Part shown: positions 29,178 through 38,247 of the stretch, piece by piece | Layout: every line of letters begins with the position of its first letter | How positions within the stretch are numbered: position 1 is the stretch's first letter | NCBI GenBank assembly: GCA_963799485.1 | Contig: CAWCXJ010000002.1 | Coordinates: 23,955-87,954, forward strand | Origin: an uncultured Trueperaceae bacterium | Lineage (GTDB): Bacteria > Deinococcota > Deinococci > Deinococcales > Trueperaceae | Direction of reading: 5' to 3' | DNA length: 64,000 nt | Program-made: the position numbers and the translations under genes | The notes under the pieces: generated by a model | What the model was told of the DNA's origin: nothing | The model's input: only the letters and a program-made list of their open reading frames with translations | Database searches by the model: none

Positions 29178-29526
29178 CATTCTAGTTGAAATCAACCGCC
29201 CGACTTTTGAGGTCGCGGTCAGCGTGACGCAACCCCCGGATGTGAGTATCGGGGTGCAACTCGTGCGGCCTCAAGTAAATGTCGAGGTGATGCAGGGCGG
29301 GAGTGGCCCGCCGACGGCGGCTTCTGCTTTCGTCTACACCCAAAACACGCCCGCGACCGAGTGGAGCGTAGCGCATCCCTTCGGCGCTCGCCCCGCTTCG
29401 CTGCTGCTTATCGACGATGCGGGTGTTTTTCTCGTCCCCGACGCTGTAGAAATATCTGCTGAGCGAGTCGTACTCGTTTTTGCCCTGCCTACCGCAGGGA
29501 GTTTAACCCTCCTGAAAGGAAGTTAA
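29170..29526 (+). CDS. Tail fibre accessory protein
   Basis: YTQNTPATEWSVAHPFGARP motif typical of fibre-associated proteins. Confidence 0.55.
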   Translation: MADILVEINRPTFEVAVSVTQPPDVSIGVQLVRPQVNVEVMQGGSGPPTAASAFVYTQNTPATEWSVAHPFGARPASLLLIDDAGVFLVPDAVEISAERVVLVFALPTAGSLTLLKGS

Positions 29527-29529
29527 ATC

Positions 29530-30324
29530 ATGCCTACCCGAATTTCAAACGGCCTGGATTTACAAGGCGCACGTATTCAAAATGTTGGCTCACCCTCGGC
29601 ACCGATGGACAGCGTTAATAAGGCTTATGTCGACGCTGCTGCTTACGGCGTGGACTGGAAAAACAGCGTACGCGCACTTGCAACGGGCAATATCAGCCTG
29701 TCGGCTCCAGGTGCGAGTATTGACGGCGTGACGTTAGCGGCAGGCGACAGCATTGCGCTCATCGGACAGACAAACGCCTCACAAAACGGTATCTACATTT
29801 GGAACGGTGCGTCTACGGCACTTGTTCGCAGAACGGACAGCGACGCGAACGCAGAAGTCACGGCGGGGTTGACGTTCACTGTCACTGAAGGCACGACCTA
29901 CGCTAACAAAAGTTACCGCCTGATTACTCCCGACCCTATCGTTCTGGACACTACAAACCTTTCTTTTACCGACGCCGGGGGAGCCTCGCCACCCAACTCT
30001 GCCGGTGATGGTCTAAACCTTACCGGACAGACCTTCAGCGTCAAGCCTAAGCCTTCCGGCAATATCATCGTAGACAGTACGGGTGTCTCGGTAGACACCT
30101 CCATAATCGCCCGGAAGTTTGCGGCGAACGTCGGCGACGGCAGCGCAACTTCCTACACCGTGACGCATAACCTGGGGACGCTCGACGCGTCCGTGTCGCT
30201 TGTCGAGGTCGCTACCGGCGTACAGTGGGTGCCTGACGTGACCGCCCGAACGACTAATACGGTTACGCTGGCTTTCAACACCGCCCCGGCTTCTGGCGCG
30301 TTCAGGGCGATTGTCACAGGCTAG
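29530..30324 (+). CDS. Tail fibre/head fibre protein
   Basis: DSVNKAYVD, WKNSVRALAT...QTNASQNGIY, VTHNLGT motifs. Confidence 0.7.
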   Translation: MPTRISNGLDLQGARIQNVGSPSAPMDSVNKAYVDAAAYGVDWKNSVRALATGNISLSAPGASIDGVTLAAGDSIALIGQTNASQNGIYIWNGASTALVRRTDSDANAEVTAGLTFTVTEGTTYANKSYRLITPDPIVLDTTNLSFTDAGGASPPNSAGDGLNLTGQTFSVKPKPSGNIIVDSTGVSVDTSIIARKFAANVGDGSATSYTVTHNLGTLDASVSLVEVATGVQWVPDVTARTTNTVTLAFNTAPASGAFRAIVTG

Positions 30325-32234
30325 TGCCTAAGTTCGCTAACGGCGCGGACTTCGGCGGGGCTCGAGTAAGAAACGTAGGCGACGCCGTAGACCCTAGTGA
30401 CGGGATAAGTAAAAGTTTGCTCGAGAGCGCCATGTACGGGACACGGGTACTCAGCCCCGAATACTACGGCGCGGTCGGCGACAGCGTAACAGACGATACT
30501 GCCGCCATTCAAGCATGCTTTACCGCAGCAGCGCAGAAAAAAGCCATCGTTTCATTCAGCCCGGGCGTGGAGTACAGGGTTAGTGCGTCCCTGACCTATC
30601 CATCCGGGCTCGTGCAAATCGAAGGTAACGGGGCGGAGCTGGTGTTCACCTCCAACGCTTTTGATTTGCTCTCGCTTGGTACGCCCGGGCTGACTCAAGT
30701 CAATCAGACCGGCGGTTATGTCCGTAACCTCTCGGTTTTTGGGCCGGGGGGAGACAACGCCAACGCCGTGCCGCCGAGCAATTACAAGGCCGGTATCGTC
30801 GTTAATAGTACGCGGCACTTTCGCATAATTGATTGCCGCACCAATAATGTAGACATCGGGTTCGACCTGCGCGGCAACTGTTACGGCAGTAAGTTCCTCA
30901 CCTGCCGCACGCTCTCGACCTGTAACGTCGGCATCCTTTTACGTGGCGGCTCCGGCCTTATCGCCGGGTCGGGTTCGGATATTCAAATCGAGGGCTTTTG
31001 GGGTGGCGGTCACAAGGCCGCTTTCTGGTGTGAAGGCAACGCGGGAGGCTATTGGTTCACCGACTGCAAACCGGGCGGCGGCTGGCAGAGCGCCCCTGCC
31101 CCTATCGACTATTACGGCGTCTGGGTATTCGGGGCGACCTATGAGCCGCAGACGACGGTAACGGCGGCGGTTGCGGTCAACGCCTCGACCATTCAGGTAG
31201 CAGACGCCTCCAAGCTGTTTACCAATGAAATCATTATCAACGGGCAAGAAATCCAAATCCTCAGTAAGTCTGGGAACACCCTCACGGTGGCGACTACGGC
31301 AACCGGCGGCTGGCAAGCAAACTACAACGTCAAGGCGGCTATCGCTAGTGGGGCGGGGGTGCAGGTCACAAGCGGCGTCGGTAACATCAGTATCAAGGGC
31401 GGTGGCGTCGAAGGCACGCACGATATGCACGCGCTCCGGCTTTTCCGGGACGTCGCGGGGTTAGGCGTCAGCGACTTCAGCTTTTTCTCCAACGGCTCGG
31501 GCGGCGTAAATCAGATGATTCAGGTGCTCAAACACACGGGCGAGGGTAGCGCGTCGGTCACGTTTACGAACTGCATCATTCAAGGCGCGTGGACAGGGCC
31601 CAGCCCCATCACCATGACGACGCGCTGGAAGAACGCCAACCAGTTCACTGAAATCGGAACGACGCATAACTACGACGTGCCGCCGTCGTTTGCAGGTACG
31701 ACCATGAACCTCATCGACCGCCCGATGGTGAGCTGGTCGAGCGTTACGGGCGGTATGGCACTCGTTCCCAAAACGGGCGTGGTTTTTCTTAGCAGTCGCG
31801 GCGTGCGGGTGAATGCCGGAGCGCTCGAGGTAAGTACGAGTAACACGCTGGCAAGTTGGGCGGCAGTGGGTGGCGGCGGGACGGCGAGCACGAACGAGTT
31901 CCCCGGCCCGGTTAAAGTGGTCAATACAAACGGATACGTCTTGCAAGCAGGCGACGCGGGCGGGCTAGTGATTTACGACGTGGGCGGTACTGCCGGAACC
32001 TACTCGCTACCTAACGGAGTCGCCGCAGGCTACACCGTGTCGGTATCACAGGGTTTTTCAGGGCAGCTCACCGTGACGGCGGCAGGGTCACAGGGGCCTG
32101 ATGGAATACGGACGCCAACGGGGATTTTCGGCACGGTCAAAACGAAATCGTCGGGTAGCATCATCAAGTTCGTTAAAGATGCTGGTACGCGCTGGTACGC
32201 GCTGCCATTCGGGGATAGCTACGTGGCACCGTGA
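30324..32234 (+). CDS. Tailspike with pectate-lyase/GH55-like beta-helix (putative depolymerase)
   Basis: PEYYGAVGDSVTDDTAAIQAC N-terminal beta-helix signature. Confidence 0.8.
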   Translation: MPKFANGADFGGARVRNVGDAVDPSDGISKSLLESAMYGTRVLSPEYYGAVGDSVTDDTAAIQACFTAAAQKKAIVSFSPGVEYRVSASLTYPSGLVQIEGNGAELVFTSNAFDLLSLGTPGLTQVNQTGGYVRNLSVFGPGGDNANAVPPSNYKAGIVVNSTRHFRIIDCRTNNVDIGFDLRGNCYGSKFLTCRTLSTCNVGILLRGGSGLIAGSGSDIQIEGFWGGGHKAAFWCEGNAGGYWFTDCKPGGGWQSAPAPIDYYGVWVFGATYEPQTTVTAAVAVNASTIQVADASKLFTNEIIINGQEIQILSKSGNTLTVATTATGGWQANYNVKAAIASGAGVQVTSGVGNISIKGGGVEGTHDMHALRLFRDVAGLGVSDFSFFSNGSGGVNQMIQVLKHTGEGSASVTFTNCIIQGAWTGPSPITMTTRWKNANQFTEIGTTHNYDVPPSFAGTTMNLIDRPMVSWSSVTGGMALVPKTGVVFLSSRGVRVNAGALEVSTSNTLASWAAVGGGGTASTNEFPGPVKVVNTNGYVLQAGDAGGLVIYDVGGTAGTYSLPNGVAAGYTVSVSQGFSGQLTVTAAGSQGPDGIRTPTGIFGTVKTKSSGSIIKFVKDAGTRWYALPFGDSYVAP

Positions 32235-32617
32235 CCCCGGCTGAAAATTTGTATTGGTATCGCGTTGACCGCATTATCTCAGCATTTGACGGCGATACCT
32301 TTAGGGCCGAGTTGTCACTCGGCTTCCACATGAGCGCAGAGCTGATATTCCGAGTAGCCGGAATTGACACGCCTGAGATGGGGCAGCCCGGCGCGCTCGA
32401 GGCCAGGGACTACCTGCGAAAAAGGTTTGCTGACGCGCTGCCTAACAGTCTGACGATTCGTACCTACAAGGGAGACAAGTACGGACGCTGGTTGGCTCAG
32501 ATTTTTATAGGCGACGAGCACCTAAACCAGACGATGATTGACCTTGGCTACGCCGTTTTTTACGACGGCGGGCCGCGAGGAGGCCAGGAACGTGTTGAAA
32601 CGTCACAGAAGTTCTGA
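32231..32617 (+). CDS. Thermonuclease (SNase-like) family protein
   Basis: DGDTF...RVAGIDTPE...DKYGRWLA...LNQTMIDLGYA. Confidence 0.9.
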   Translation: MTPAENLYWYRVDRIISAFDGDTFRAELSLGFHMSAELIFRVAGIDTPEMGQPGALEARDYLRKRFADALPNSLTIRTYKGDKYGRWLAQIFIGDEHLNQTMIDLGYAVFYDGGPRGGQERVETSQKF

Positions 32618-32822
32618 ATCCGGGCAATTTATAAACTCCGAAGCTGCCGCCCAAAGGCCCGCCGAAACCGTAGCCGAAGCCGTCAAGCAACCCGACACAG
32701 AAGCCGGGGTGCGTGCCCTTTATGGGGCGCTCGTACAAGATGGCGTCGAGTTTGACGATTTAAGTCAAGAGACCAGGGACAACTATCGGGCAGCTTTGAA
32801 AGCTGCCCTTGCCAAACTTTAG
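32592..32822 (+). CDS. Hypothetical phage protein
   Basis: Part of ORF 32538..32822; start uncertain. Confidence 0.45.
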   Translation: MLKRHRSSESGQFINSEAAAQRPAETVAEAVKQPDTEAGVRALYGALVQDGVEFDDLSQETRDNYRAALKAALAKL

Positions 32823-32833
32823 GAGAAAAAACT

Positions 32834-33484
32834 ATGCTCAAGAAAACCTTATTCTCGCTAACGCTCGTCTTAATGACGGGCGTCGTTTTTGCTCAAGACC
32901 CGGGCATCATGGTCAACCTTCCGAGTTGGGGAACTAGCTTACTCTCGTTCGCTGCCGCCCTCACGCTACTAACCCAAGCTGTAAAGGTGCGCCTTAAAAA
33001 ACGCCTGGACAACGTACCTAACGGCGTGATTCAGGGCGTGACGGTGCTACTCGGTATCGGTATTTCAGGAGCCATTCAGCAGCAGGGGCTACTCACCGAC
33101 CCGCTCTTTGCTTCCATCGCCGACCCTTGGGGCTGGATTTTGTACGGCACGTTAGCTGGTATCGGCTCGGTCGGTGGATATGATTTGCTCATGGCAGCCA
33201 TCAGCATGACCGGCGGCAAGACGACGATGGTTGACACGTCTGCGCTGCCGCAGAGCCCCGAAGATTTGCTCGAGATCGTCAAAAGTTCGGACATCGCTCT
33301 GGACGTTCGCAAGCGGGCGGTGGAAACGCTCAAGGCAATCAACCCGCTTGCCGGGGCTGCTGCCGAGATCGCGCTGAATCAACTCGCTACGCGGCCCCTA
33401 ACCGAAACCGAGGCCAAAGACCGGGTAAAAGACGAAATCGAGAAGCGCGGGACACAGAATCCGACGGTGGTTGAGGGTGGCTAA
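32834..33484 (+). CDS. Multi-TM membrane protein with signal peptide (holin-like candidate)
   Basis: AGGAG RBS; several hydrophobic segments; GIGSVGGYD. Confidence 0.55.
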   Translation: MLKKTLFSLTLVLMTGVVFAQDPGIMVNLPSWGTSLLSFAAALTLLTQAVKVRLKKRLDNVPNGVIQGVTVLLGIGISGAIQQQGLLTDPLFASIADPWGWILYGTLAGIGSVGGYDLLMAAISMTGGKTTMVDTSALPQSPEDLLEIVKSSDIALDVRKRAVETLKAINPLAGAAAEIALNQLATRPLTETEAKDRVKDEIEKRGTQNPTVVEGG

Positions 33485-33803
33485 GCTTGAGCCGATCAAC
33501 CACTACAACAGCAACGAGCTTTACGGCTACACGTTTGAGTGTCCGGGGTGCGGCTGTTCACACATGCCTGTTGTCAACGATAAGCAAGGTGGGCCGCAGT
33601 GGGAGTTTAACGGCGACCTTGATCATCCAACTTTTTCGCCGTCGCTTCTAGTGCGTTGGGAAGAGCATCAGGACGAAGGGCAGCCTACCAAAAAACACAT
33701 ATGCCACAGCTTCGTTCGCGGTGGTCACATTCAGTTTCTGGGCGATTCCACCCACCCGCTTGCAGGGCAGACCGTAGAGCTACCGGAGGTAGACGATGAT
33801 TAG
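33471..33803 (+). CDS. DUF6527-like metal-binding protein
   Basis: CPGCGCSH...WEFNGD...PTFSPSLL...CHSFVRGG.IQFL.DSTH.LAGQTV. Confidence 0.75.
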   Translation: MRVAKLEPINHYNSNELYGYTFECPGCGCSHMPVVNDKQGGPQWEFNGDLDHPTFSPSLLVRWEEHQDEGQPTKKHICHSFVRGGHIQFLGDSTHPLAGQTVELPEVDDD

Positions 33804-34152
33804 ATTTGCACCCCTACTTTTACTTCTACTCGTGTCGTGTACGCCTAGCGTCAGGCAGGCCGCACAGGATGAAACTCTCAGCGTGCGAGACGGAGCACTC
33901 GTGCTGCAAATGGCGTCGCCGATAGTCTCTTTCGAGGGCGCGGTCAAGGGGACGATAGTCTGTACATCGCCGGTTGTCTGTGCGCCTCTGTCCGGGCCGT
34001 GGGTGGGCGTGTCGCTGCCGTCCGGGGAGTATCCGGCGCGGGTCGTCCTGGGGCGCGTAGAGAAGCCTCCGGGCGACGCGTTCGGGTTTGTGAACCTTGC
34101 TTCTGGTCGTAAGTCTGTGCAGGTCGAGTTGACGCCGCGACGGAATGAATGA
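33796..34152 (+). CDS. Lipoprotein
   Basis: Lipobox LLVS-C after hydrophobic leader. Confidence 0.65.
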   Translation: MIRFAPLLLLLLVSCTPSVRQAAQDETLSVRDGALVLQMASPIVSFEGAVKGTIVCTSPVVCAPLSGPWVGVSLPSGEYPARVVLGRVEKPPGDAFGFVNLASGRKSVQVELTPRRNE

Positions 34153-34441
34153 CGTGCCCGAAGACGCGCTGAGTGAAATCGCGGAGCTTAAAACGCAACT
34201 GAGAGACTTGCGCCTCGAGCTGAGCCATCTCGACACCGTGACGCTCGGCAACCGCCGCGACCGTGAAGAGTTCCGTAAGAGCTTACAGGGGCGGCTCGAG
34301 CAAGCTGAACAAAAACTCGAGGAGGTCGCGGTGACGGTCACCGCGTACCAGGGCACCATCAACAAATACCTGGGCATCTTTCTCACGGCCCTCGTCGCCG
34401 GGGGCGCGGGGCTGGTCGTCTCGAGACTGTGGGGCGGCTGA
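34145..34441 (+). CDS. Coiled-coil protein with C-terminal TM (XhlA/holin-like architecture)
   Basis: Heptads then one TM. Confidence 0.55.
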   Translation: MNDVPEDALSEIAELKTQLRDLRLELSHLDTVTLGNRRDREEFRKSLQGRLEQAEQKLEEVAVTVTAYQGTINKYLGIFLTALVAGGAGLVVSRLWGG

Positions 34442-34935
34442 TGAGAAAGCGCACCTATGCCTATATTCTGCTGATGGGCAGCCTTGCCGCTTTACTGGGG
34501 CTTTACATTCTGTTCGCGGGTCTGGTGTTGCCGTTCGGCGGTTACACCATTCACGGTTACAAAAGTATCCCGCCGGTCGTCTGTCCGGGTGAGACGTTGC
34601 AACTCAGCACCGACGTCGAGTTTGCGCCGCCCCGTTACGCCCGACTTGGAAGCTACCGGCTCGTGACGTACTGGGTCAACACGCAGGGGACGCGCACCGA
34701 AGGCGAGACGTTCCGGGGGTCGTTCGCGGACTCGCAAGCAGGGCGGCGCTTTGTCCTTTCGCCCGTGCTGCGTACCGCGCCGCCGACCGAAGGCGACTGG
34801 AAACTTGTGAGTAACGTCTATTACGAAGGAACGGTATTGCGCGCCAGGCGGAGCGCAGAGGCTATGTACACGACCCCCGAACCCGTCTTGCGCACCCTGC
34901 CTCTGGAGGCCACAGAATGCCGTTTACAACCCTAG
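34441..34935 (+). CDS. Membrane-anchored hypothetical protein
   Basis: N-terminal TM; TGATG coupling. Confidence 0.55.
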   Translation: MRKRTYAYILLMGSLAALLGLYILFAGLVLPFGGYTIHGYKSIPPVVCPGETLQLSTDVEFAPPRYARLGSYRLVTYWVNTQGTRTEGETFRGSFADSQAGRRFVLSPVLRTAPPTEGDWKLVSNVYYEGTVLRARRSAEAMYTTPEPVLRTLPLEATECRLQP

Positions 34936-35240
34936 CGACCATCAATACCAGTATTATTTTCGGGCTTTCCTTACTCGTGATACTCGCGTTCGGGCACGTG
35001 TTGCAAAGGTTCCGGCTGACACAACGAGAAGAAAATACGGTCATGGTCTTTTTCGGCGTTTACGTGCTGTTCGGTATCGCCGACCGGGCGCTGGCATCGC
35101 ACCTGACCAGGCTGGCGATGTCGCAAGAGCCGCTAGGTATCTGGTCGCAAATTGCTATCGACGTGCGCCTCGGGTTCGGCGTCGTTATTTGGGCGTTCTT
35201 ACTGTATGCGTTTTTCGGCATATGGCGGCGGCGGCTTTAG
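34917..35240 (+). CDS. Three-TM membrane protein
   Basis: Hydrophobic segments, basic C-tail. Confidence 0.6.
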   Translation: MPFTTLATINTSIIFGLSLLVILAFGHVLQRFRLTQREENTVMVFFGVYVLFGIADRALASHLTRLAMSQEPLGIWSQIAIDVRLGFGVVIWAFLLYAFFGIWRRRL

Positions 35241-35243
35241 GGC

Positions 35244-35283
35244 AAAAAGAAATGCCGCGCCCGGTTTGACGACGGGCGCGGGG
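35244..35283 (-). terminator. Terminator-like hairpin between convergent genes
   Basis: ccgcgcccg...cgggcgcgg with A-run on left. Confidence 0.5.
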
Positions 35284-35313
35284 TGGGGGCGCAAGTTATT
35301 TTTCTAACACAAT

Positions 35314-35514
35314 TCAAAAATCAGCTTGTCGCACATATTCGGCAAAAATCGCTGAAGCTACCGAGCGCAAATCTAGCCACCTCTGTGTTTCGCCCATCTT
35401 ATACAGGCGGTGACACTCCGCCTCAACCTGGTCGTAAAGCTCGAGCGTAACAGCCCTTGCTATCGTGGCGGCGTCTTCGGGGCCGACGTTTGGCAGGTGG
35501 GGAGCTAGAGGCAC
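35314..35514 (-). CDS. Small hypothetical protein
   Basis: Overlap-coupled in minus operon. Confidence 0.5.
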   Translation of the reverse strand: MPLAPHLPNVGPEDAATIARAVTLELYDQVEAECHRLYKMGETQRWLDLRSVASAIFAEYVRQADF

Positions 35515-35825
35515 GGGAGGTCGCCTAAAGACGGGTGTAGCAGCACTGGCAGGCCGCTACGCCGACCTAAGGTAGCGGCGACGTGCAAAAGTATTACGGC
35601 GTCGGGGCAGTCAGTTACAGCTTCGCTGGTTTCGTCAGGCCGGATGCCGTAAACGGTAAAAAATTCGGCGCGTTTTGCCGGTATCATCGGGATGATGTGC
35701 GTTTCGTCCTCAGTTGATTCGTCGGCGTCGTCACGACAACCCGACACCTCGAGCCGAGTGAACTCTGTCCAGTCCGGCTCGTCTTGCGCGTAGGCCATAT
35801 TGAAAAATATCGAACCGTCTAGCAT
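35505..35825 (-). CDS. Acidic hypothetical protein
   Basis: Likely ATG 35825 coupled to upstream TGA. Confidence 0.6.
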   Translation of the reverse strand: MLDGSIFFNMAYAQDEPDWTEFTRLEVSGCRDDADESTEDETHIIPMIPAKRAEFFTVYGIRPDETSEAVTDCPDAVILLHVAATLGRRSGLPVLLHPSLGDLPCL

Positions 35826-36232
35826 CACAACCAGCCCCTCTCTCTTGCAAAAGCATACTCGAGCGCGAGCACTTCGGGCGGCATCTCGTCGGCGCGGGTG
35901 AGGCCGTCGACGAAGCACGGGCCGCAGATCGAATCTATCTCTGCCGGGTTTGGCGTCCCTTCACACGTCTCGCAGCGCGGGGTATTGCAGGCACACAAAT
36001 CAGTGTCTACGGTTGGCTCTACCCCGCATATCGGGCAGACCGAGAGGACACTCGCGCCCTGACACACGTCACATTCTACGGGCCACTCTTCACCGGATGC
36101 GTCTACCGCGTAATCTATGACGCCGCATCCACCGCACGTGCTGCACTGCGTCTCGACGAGAATGCTGAGGGGGCTGTGCGCCCCCAGAGCGAGTAACGGT
36201 GTGCCGGATGGGTCGGAGATAATGAGGCCCAT
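35825..36232 (-). CDS. Cys-rich multi-CxxC zinc-ribbon protein
   Basis: CSTCGGCG, CDVCQG, CPICG, CETCEG, CGPC. Confidence 0.7.
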   Translation of the reverse strand: MGLIISDPSGTPLLALGAHSPLSILVETQCSTCGGCGVIDYAVDASGEEWPVECDVCQGASVLSVCPICGVEPTVDTDLCACNTPRCETCEGTPNPAEIDSICGPCFVDGLTRADEMPPEVLALEYAFARERGWL

Positions 36233-36233
36233 A

Positions 36234-36545
36234 TCAGAGCCCCAACAATTCTAAGCAAGCTTCGTCGCTGTAATCGTCGTGTGCGTAGGTCAGGCCGTTC
36301 TTGGCACAGCGCACAGTGTTGAAATGCTCAGCTACCCGGATGCGCTCGGCTCGGCTTGCTTGGCGAGTGCTCGTGCGTCCAATCGCCTTCATGACCTCAG
36401 CCTCATACGCGGCTCTACCGGGCTTGCCGGGGCGGGGGTCAAACCCTGCGTTACGGGCGCTCTGGTGCAGATCGCGGAGCTGTTTCGTCCGGGTCGGGGT
36501 GCGGGTGGCAACTTTGCGGGGTGCTGCTGTGGTGGTAGTCTGCAT
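36234..36545 (-). CDS. Small basic hypothetical protein
   Basis: GGAGGT RBS; first gene after promoter. Confidence 0.7.
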   Translation of the reverse strand: MQTTTTAAPRKVATRTPTRTKQLRDLHQSARNAGFDPRPGKPGRAAYEAEVMKAIGRTSTRQASRAERIRVAEHFNTVRCAKNGLTYAHDDYSDEACLELLGL

Positions 36546-36617
36546 CTGTCTTACCTCCAGGTGAGATGTCGGGTAAGGGCGCGGCTTCTTGGTCGGAGTG
36601 CGTCCTTATCTGTTATT

Positions 36618-36646
36618 ACTATAAGCTTTTTGCCTATATGTGTCAA
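36618..36646 (-). promoter_or_regulatory. sigma70 promoter TTGACA-17-TATAGT with overlapping ATAAGCTT operator-like site
   Basis: Read directly; second palindrome CATAAGCTTATG at 36652-36663. Confidence 0.75.
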
Positions 36647-36675
36647 TAGTCCATAAGCTTATGCTAAAGTGATGT

Positions 36676-36894
36676 GTGGATTTTAACGAACAGCTCAAAA
36701 CCAGGATGCGTGAGACTATGGCAAAAGACGGTGTTAGCCAGCTCGAACTTGCGCGGCGTTTAGGGATAACCCAGCCTGCCGTCTCTGAACTGCTATCACA
36801 AAAAAGAGGGATAGTGCCCCGGAGTTTGCTTAGGGCGCTCGACGCCCTCAACCTGCGCCTCGAGGTCGTGCCGAAGGGGGCCGACAATGCCTGA
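36676..36894 (+). CDS. XRE-family HTH regulator (leaderless)
   Basis: SQLELARRLGITQPAVSELL; TGC-TAAAGT 5 nt before GTG. Confidence 0.85.
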   Translation: MDFNEQLKTRMRETMAKDGVSQLELARRLGITQPAVSELLSQKRGIVPRSLLRALDALNLRLEVVPKGADNA

Positions 36895-37228
36895 CTACTA
36901 CGACCGGCAAGGCAACCCGATAAGCCAAGCCGAGATGATTAGACTTTTTGCAAACTCTGAAGAACGTATGGTGGCGCTTGACATTATAGGTGACACTCAG
37001 GTCTCAACCGTACATCTTGTGATTGACCATAGCTGGGAAGATGGGCCACCGGTCATCTTTGAGACAATGTGTTTCGGCGGGACTCGAGACCAGGAGCAGA
37101 TTCGTTACGGCACCGAGGCACAGGCGAGGGCTGGACATCAAAAACTTGTGGCTGAAATTCAGGCTGAAGCGGGCGTGACGTTAGAGGAAATCGAACTCGA
37201 ACTGGCAGGGTTGGAGGGCAACGCATGA
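36887..37228 (+). CDS. Phage hypothetical protein
   Basis: VSTVHL.IDH...PPVIFETMCFGG...YGTEAQARAGH, resembles a small phage protein family. Confidence 0.7.
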   Translation: MPDYYDRQGNPISQAEMIRLFANSEERMVALDIIGDTQVSTVHLVIDHSWEDGPPVIFETMCFGGTRDQEQIRYGTEAQARAGHQKLVAEIQAEAGVTLEEIELELAGLEGNA

Positions 37229-37352
37229 CCCAAAAACAGCAAGCCGAAAGCGCAGCAGCACGGCGCGAGAAAATGTGCAGGGAGAAAGCGGGAAAGCAAC
37301 GCTACGAGGACGGTGGGGTTTTGGGGGAGCTCGAGGGGGCCGAACGCTAATA

Positions 37353-38090
37353 AAAGCCGTCTTTTTAGATGTCGGGCAGGGTGACAGCACACTGATCCGT
37401 TTGCCGCGCCGCACTGAAATCCTGGTCGATGGTGGCGGGACGCCTTCTAGCGACTTTGATACGGGCAAGAACACCGTCGTTCCGGCCCTCCGGGCGCTGG
37501 GGGTGGACGAACTCGAGCTGGTCGTCGCCTCACATACCGACGTCGACCACATCGAAGGGTTGGCGAGCGTTCTCCGCGATATGCCGGTCGGCGGGCTTGT
37601 TATCGGCTATCCGTCTTCTGATTCTGAAACGTTCAGGGCACTTGTAGACGTTGCCGAAGCGCGCGGCGTCCCGGTAACCGAAGTACGGCGTGGCGAGAGG
37701 TTGCGCGTCGGCGACGCACGTTTGGATATTCTTAACCCACCGATGCAACCTTTTGAAGCGAGTAACGACAACTCGGTCGCGTTTGTGCTGAACGCCCTCG
37801 GCAGCAAAGCGCTCTTTTTGGGCGATCTGCCGAGCGAGGTTGAAGCTGCTTTAGCGGTGCCGGACGTAGACATCATGATGGTCGCGCACCACGGCTCGAG
37901 GTTTTCCACCTCAGACGCGCTCCTCACCGCCGCCAAACCCGAAACCGCCGTCCTGTCGTATGGTCGCAACAATTACGGGCATCCCAACCCGGACGTTTTA
38001 GCGAGGCTTAAAGCGCACGGCGCGGAGATTTTTGAAACGTATAAGGTAGGTGCGGTGCGGCTTCCGCTGGGACAGACAGACAAGCAATGA
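37353..38090 (+). pseudogene. comEC: comEC 3' part (metallo-beta-lactamase domain), 5' part replaced by prophage
   Basis: FLDVGQGDS, ILVDGG, SHTDVDHIEG, NDNSV, FLGD, HHGS, NNYGHP; no membrane domain upstream; holA nearby. Confidence 0.85.
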
Positions 38091-38247
38091 GTACCGAGCT
38101 ATGAGCAACGCGTAAAAGCTTTTCTCATGGCTCGGCGCTCGTTGCTTCTGTAGGGGCTGACGTTCTGTTGACCCGGTAGCTGGTGAACCTACTATCTAAG
38201 CATACTTTTCCGCGCCGACGTGTTAATTTGTCCTCAGTGATAGTCCG

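Larger units (their letters stand above)
1..37352 (+). mobile_element. Prophage (siphovirus-like morphogenesis/lysis region), right part; left end outside window
   Basis: Canonical order portal-protease-capsid-connectors-tail tube-chaperone-tape measure-tail fibres-lysis; abrupt switch to host comEC at ~37353. Confidence 0.9.

Noticed and set aside
37275..37352. ORF-track N-terminus MQGESGKATLRGRWGFGG... of the ComEC-like ORF
   Set aside because: It is phage sequence read through the junction (another small ORF ends there); similarity to ComEC starts at ~37355.
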